A stretch of 32,000 nucleotides of DNA from Bowmanella dokdonensis (lineage in GTDB: Bacteria > Pseudomonadota > Gammaproteobacteria > Enterobacterales > Alteromonadaceae): NCBI RefSeq assembly GCF_017254865.1, contig NZ_JAFKCV010000021.1, forward strand, positions 9,052 through 41,051, read 5' to 3'. The notes below the pieces were generated by a model. The model was not told the DNA's origin and did no database searches. It saw only the letters and a program-made list of their open reading frames with translations. Each line of letters starts with the position of its first letter. The stretch's first letter is position 1. Shown here in pieces: positions 28,627 through 32,000 of the stretch. A program made the translations under genes and the position numbers.

Positions 28627-29792
28627 TGGTTGAGAATTACTGGCTGGCCTGCGAAGCGGCCCTCATTGGGCGGGACTGGGTCCGTCCCGCCTTTCTACAT
28701 ATCTGCGATGGCCGCATTGAGCAAGTCAGCAGCCAGCGTCCAAAGGGACAGCCCCTGGTGGAAGCCGGAGCCGGCTTGCTGGTGCCCGGTTTTATCGATG
28801 TGCAGGTCAATGGTGGGGGCGGTGTACTGCTCAATGACAACCCAAGCTTACAGGGACTGAGAAAAATCTTCGCTGCGCACAGCCAGTTTGGTACCACTGC
28901 CATGCTGCCGACCCTGATCACCGACAGCCTGGAGTCTATGCGCAGTACAGCCGATGCCATCGCAGAGGCGGTGGCAACAGGTGAGCCCGGTATTATTGGC
29001 GTGCATTTCGAAGGACCGCATATGTCTGTGGCTAAACGTGGCGTGCACTCTCCCCAATATCTGCGCAGTATCAGTCAGGCCGAAATGGCGGTGTTTGCTC
29101 GTCAGGATTTGGGGCTGAAGGTGATCACTGTTGCCCCTGAGGTGGTCAGCCCCCACCAAATCAGTGAACTGGTCGCCATGGGTGTCAGGGTTTGTCTGGG
29201 ACATTCCAACGCCAATGCCCGGCAGGTGCAGGCAGCTCTGCGGGCCGGAGCCAGTGGTTTTACCCATCTGTATAACGGTATGTCGGCCCTGACCTCCCGG
29301 GAGCCGGGCATGGTGGGGACGGCGCTTGCCGATGAGGACAGCTGGTGCGGCCTGATTCTGGACGGGCATCACCTGCATCCCCTATCGGCGAAGCTGGCCA
29401 TCCGCGCCAAAGGAATGGATAAGATCATGCTGGTGACTGACGCCATGCCGCCAGTGGGTACCAATGACGCCGAGTTTTCCTTCTATGGCGAAAAAGTCAT
29501 ACGTTCAGGCAGCAAGCTGATGGCGCCAAGCGGCTCCCTGGCGGGCTCGGTGCTGGATATGGCCGGGGCAGTGCGTTATGCGGTGAAATGTTTGGACCTT
29601 CCCCTGGAGGATGCCCTGTTGATGGCCAGCCAATGTCCGGCGGCCTTTTTAGGAATACAGGATAGTTACGGCAGTCTGCAGGTGGGTCGGCGCGCCGACA
29701 TGCTGTTGCTGGATAAACAATTACAGGTACAACATGTCTGGCTGGCCGGACAACCCTGGTCTCTGGAGAAAAATAATCATGAGTATTGCTGA
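28623..29792 (+). CDS. agaA: N-acetylgalactosamine-6-phosphate deacetylase (NagA-like amidohydrolase, AgaAII-type)
   Basis: NagA-family motifs PGFIDVQVNGGGGVLLND, GVHFEGP, LGHSNA, THLYNGM and LVTDAM. The start overlaps the agaK stop (ATGA). Confidence 0.85.
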   Translation: MMVENYWLACEAALIGRDWVRPAFLHICDGRIEQVSSQRPKGQPLVEAGAGLLVPGFIDVQVNGGGGVLLNDNPSLQGLRKIFAAHSQFGTTAMLPTLITDSLESMRSTADAIAEAVATGEPGIIGVHFEGPHMSVAKRGVHSPQYLRSISQAEMAVFARQDLGLKVITVAPEVVSPHQISELVAMGVRVCLGHSNANARQVQAALRAGASGFTHLYNGMSALTSREPGMVGTALADEDSWCGLILDGHHLHPLSAKLAIRAKGMDKIMLVTDAMPPVGTNDAEFSFYGEKVIRSGSKLMAPSGSLAGSVLDMAGAVRYAVKCLDLPLEDALLMASQCPAAFLGIQDSYGSLQVGRRADMLLLDKQLQVQHVWLAGQPWSLEKNNHEYC

Positions 29793-31107
29793 GGCTAAGT
29801 TGAAACCTGACAGTGCCCACAACCTCTGGCTGCCCATGCTGGTGATAGCCATCCTGTTTTTTTTGTTCGGCTTTGTAACCTGGCTGAATGGATCCCTGAT
29901 CCCGTTTTTACGTATTGTCTGTGAGCTGAATGAATTTCAGGCCTTACTGGTCACCTTTGCCTTTTACATTGCCTATGTGGTGATGGCACTGCCCATGTCC
30001 AGCTTGCTGGACCGGATAGGTTTCAAGAAGGGCATGGTCGCGGGTCTGGGCATTATGATTATTGGCGCTCTGTCCTTTATTCCGGCGGCCCTTAGTGCTC
30101 ATTACGGTCTATTCTTGCTGGCCCTATTTGTGCTGGGTACGGGCCTGACCATTTTGCAAACGGCGTCAAACCCCTATCTGGTGTTGCTGGGGCCGCCGCA
30201 AAGCGCGGCGATGCGTATCTGCATTATGGGTCTGTTGAATAAGGGGGCTGGCTTTGTGGTCCCTATCCTGTTTACCGCCCTTATTCTTACCGGCATGGAT
30301 GAGTACTCAACCGAGTCCCTGGCGATGCTGTCCGAAGCCGAGCGGCAGAGCCAGCTTGATGCGTTGGCACACAGGCTGATAGCCCCCTATTTATGGATGG
30401 CGGGCATGTTGGGGGTGTTGACCCTGATGGTGCACTTGGCGCCCTTGCCCGAACCCGGTGGGGAACTGCGCGGTGGCGAAGGCCATCAGCTCCGTCGCAG
30501 GGAGATCCTCGCCCATCCTCAACTGGTGCTTGGGGTAGTGGCGCTGTTTTTCTATGTGGGGGTGGAGGTCATTGCCGGCGATACTATTGGCCTGTTTGGC
30601 CAGCAACTGGGCGTGAAGTATTTCGGTGCCCTGACATCCTATACCATGGCTTTTATGATGCTGGGCTATCTGCTTGGGGTGCTGTGCATTCCCAGGCTGT
30701 TGAGCCAGGCCCGCGGATTGCAACTTTCCGCTTTGGCCGGGGTGGCCGTGAGCCTGGCTATTGTGATGGGGGACCCTGCCAGTGAGCAGGTGTCGGCCCT
30801 GATCCTGGGCTGGGCAGACGTACCCCTGGTGCCGGATCCGGTGCTTTACGTGGCACTGCTGGGGCTTGCCAATGCCCTGGTTTGGCCCACGGTATGGCCG
30901 TTGGCCTTACAGGGCCTGGGCAGGCTTACCGCTACAGGCTCAGCGTTGCTGATTATGGGCATCGCCGGCGGTGCATTACTGCCGCTGGTCTATGGCTATT
31001 TTGCCCATAGTTTGCTGGATAGCCAGTCTGCCTATCTGATGCTGATTCCCTGTTATGGCTTTATTCTGTTTTATGCCTTCAGGGGACATAAAATACGCCG
31101 TTGGTAG
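29779..31107 (+). CDS. agaP: MFS sugar permease of the FucP/GluP family (GalNAc permease, AgaP-type)
   Basis: Twelve predicted TM segments, with the N-terminal family motif FFLFGFVTWLNGSLIPFL. The ATG at 29779 has GGAGA 9 nt upstream and overlaps the agaA 3' end by 14 nt. Confidence 0.85.
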   Translation: MSIAEAKLKPDSAHNLWLPMLVIAILFFLFGFVTWLNGSLIPFLRIVCELNEFQALLVTFAFYIAYVVMALPMSSLLDRIGFKKGMVAGLGIMIIGALSFIPAALSAHYGLFLLALFVLGTGLTILQTASNPYLVLLGPPQSAAMRICIMGLLNKGAGFVVPILFTALILTGMDEYSTESLAMLSEAERQSQLDALAHRLIAPYLWMAGMLGVLTLMVHLAPLPEPGGELRGGEGHQLRRREILAHPQLVLGVVALFFYVGVEVIAGDTIGLFGQQLGVKYFGALTSYTMAFMMLGYLLGVLCIPRLLSQARGLQLSALAGVAVSLAIVMGDPASEQVSALILGWADVPLVPDPVLYVALLGLANALVWPTVWPLALQGLGRLTATGSALLIMGIAGGALLPLVYGYFAHSLLDSQSAYLMLIPCYGFILFYAFRGHKIRRW

Positions 31108-31126
31108 TTGGCTCAGAGGGGCTCCG

Positions 31127-31306
31127 ATGACAGGTATCAGTGTTTGGCAAATAATCATCATATTGTTGATTGGGTTGCTGCTGTTCGGTAGCAGCAGGTT
31201 GCGCAGCCTGAGAAAAGAGACTGGTCTTGCGGTGAAAGGCTTCAGGCAGCTCCTGGCCGGACAGAAAAATGCAGATGGGAGCCAAACCCGCAAATCAGGC
31301 AATTAA
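31127..31306 (+). CDS. TatA/TatE-family twin-arginine translocase subunit paralog (59 aa)
   Basis: MTGISVWQIIIILLIGLLLFGSSRLRSLRKETGLAVKGFRQLL aligns with E. coli TatA [43 protein letters not shown]. Shared features are GIS-WQ, the LLFG hinge and the KGF amphipathic helix. It starts 19 nt after agaP, with GAGGGG upstream. Confidence 0.8.
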   Translation: MTGISVWQIIIILLIGLLLFGSSRLRSLRKETGLAVKGFRQLLAGQKNADGSQTRKSGN

Positions 31307-31339
31307 TCATATTTATGAATCATAACGATTGAATCAATC
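31307..31339. promoter_or_regulatory. Two dyads about 20.5 bp apart upstream of ahpC (candidate OxyR/LTTR operator)
   Basis: TCATAttTATGA (31307-31318) and GATTGAaTCAATC (31327-31339) are both perfect dyads. They lie immediately upstream of the putative -35. Confidence 0.3.
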
Positions 31340-31341
31340 AA

Positions 31342-31371
31342 TTGTTCAGATTCTCCCGGGTTACTTAGAAT
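31342..31371 (+). promoter_or_regulatory. Candidate sigma70 promoter of ahpC
   Basis: TTGTTC (31342-31347), an 18-nt spacer, then TAGAAT (31366-31371). The AAGGAG SD is at 31405-31410. Confidence 0.3.
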
Positions 31372-31419
31372 GCATCCTGTCTTCACAGGCAACTATTCAA
31401 AACCAAGGAGAATTCACTT

Positions 31420-31989
31420 ATGAGCCAATCACTTATCAACACCAAGATCCTGCCCTTTAAAGCGACCGCTTACCACAATGGTGAGTTTACTGAGGTGACT
31501 GAGAAGTCCCTGCTGGGCAAGTGGGCGGTGGTGATGTTCTATCCAGCCGATTTTACCTTTGTCTGCCCCACTGAGCTGGGCGACCTGGCCGATTACTACG
31601 ACCAGCTCAAGGAGATGGGCGTGGAAGTGTATTCGGTGTCCACCGATACGCACTTCACCCACAAGGCCTGGCATGATGCCTCCGACACCATCAAGAAGAT
31701 CCGCTTCCCGATGATAGGCGATCCAACGGGCAAAATCAGCCGCAACTTCGGTGTCATGATCGAAGACGAAGGCTTGGCCCTGCGTGGTACTTTTGTGATT
31801 AACCCGGAAGGCGAAATCAAAGTCGCGGAAATCCATGACCTGGGCATTGGCCGCAGCGCTTCCGAACTGTTCCGCAAGGTCCAGGCCGCCCAGTATGTGG
31901 CCAACCATGACGGTGAAGTGTGCCCGGCCAAATGGCAGCCAGGCGAGGCGACTCTGGCACCTTCCTTGGACCTGGTCGGCAAAATCTAA
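31420..31989 (+). CDS. ahpC: Alkyl hydroperoxide reductase subunit C (2-Cys peroxiredoxin)
   Basis: Peroxidatic Cys motif [10 protein letters not shown] and resolving Cys EVCPAKW. Length 189 aa, with a strong SD. Confidence 0.95.
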   Translation: MSQSLINTKILPFKATAYHNGEFTEVTEKSLLGKWAVVMFYPADFTFVCPTELGDLADYYDQLKEMGVEVYSVSTDTHFTHKAWHDASDTIKKIRFPMIGDPTGKISRNFGVMIEDEGLALRGTFVINPEGEIKVAEIHDLGIGRSASELFRKVQAAQYVANHDGEVCPAKWQPGEATLAPSLDLVGKI

Positions 31990-32000
31990 CGAGCCTGTCA

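Overview
Densely coding gammaproteobacterial chromosomal window. By eye it is mid-50s % GC, with gene content typical of marine Alteromonadales/Cellvibrionales-type organisms. I saw no rRNA, tRNA, CRISPR array, integrase, transposase or phage genes. All protein calls rest on motifs read from the supplied translations; no searches were run.

Left third (1-9.1 kb): signalling and housekeeping genes. These are an EAL fragment followed by an orphan Cache-type histidine kinase, an RRM-type RNA-binding protein, a GST, a secreted S46 dipeptidyl-peptidase, a PAS-PAS-GGDEF-EAL protein and cysZ.

Middle (9.3-17 kb): a core smc-zipA-ligA block followed by two small, translationally coupled membrane proteins. 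After it comes a LysR regulator coupled to an uncharacterised 137-aa protein.

Right third (18.5-31.3 kb): the most interesting part, a divergent N-acetylgalactosamine (GalNAc) capture and catabolism locus.
- One arm encodes a TonB-dependent receptor plus a DUF5077/DUF3472-like lipoprotein.
- The other arm is agaR, a Tat-signal GH109 alpha-GalNAc-ase, then agaZ-agaS-agaK-agaA-agaP, with a TatA/E paralog appended at the end.
- An AT-rich control region between the arms carries repeated TTTCG/CGAAA motifs.
- The non-canonical parts are the DUF lipoprotein partner of the receptor, the operon-embedded TatA/E paralog next to a Tat substrate, and AgaZ without AgaY. These are the best candidates for undescribed biology.

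The window ends with ahpC. A 168-bp imperfect palindrome with perfect 17-bp termini sits in the GST/peptidase divergent intergenic region. It looks like a MITE/ERIC-type element or a structured leader.
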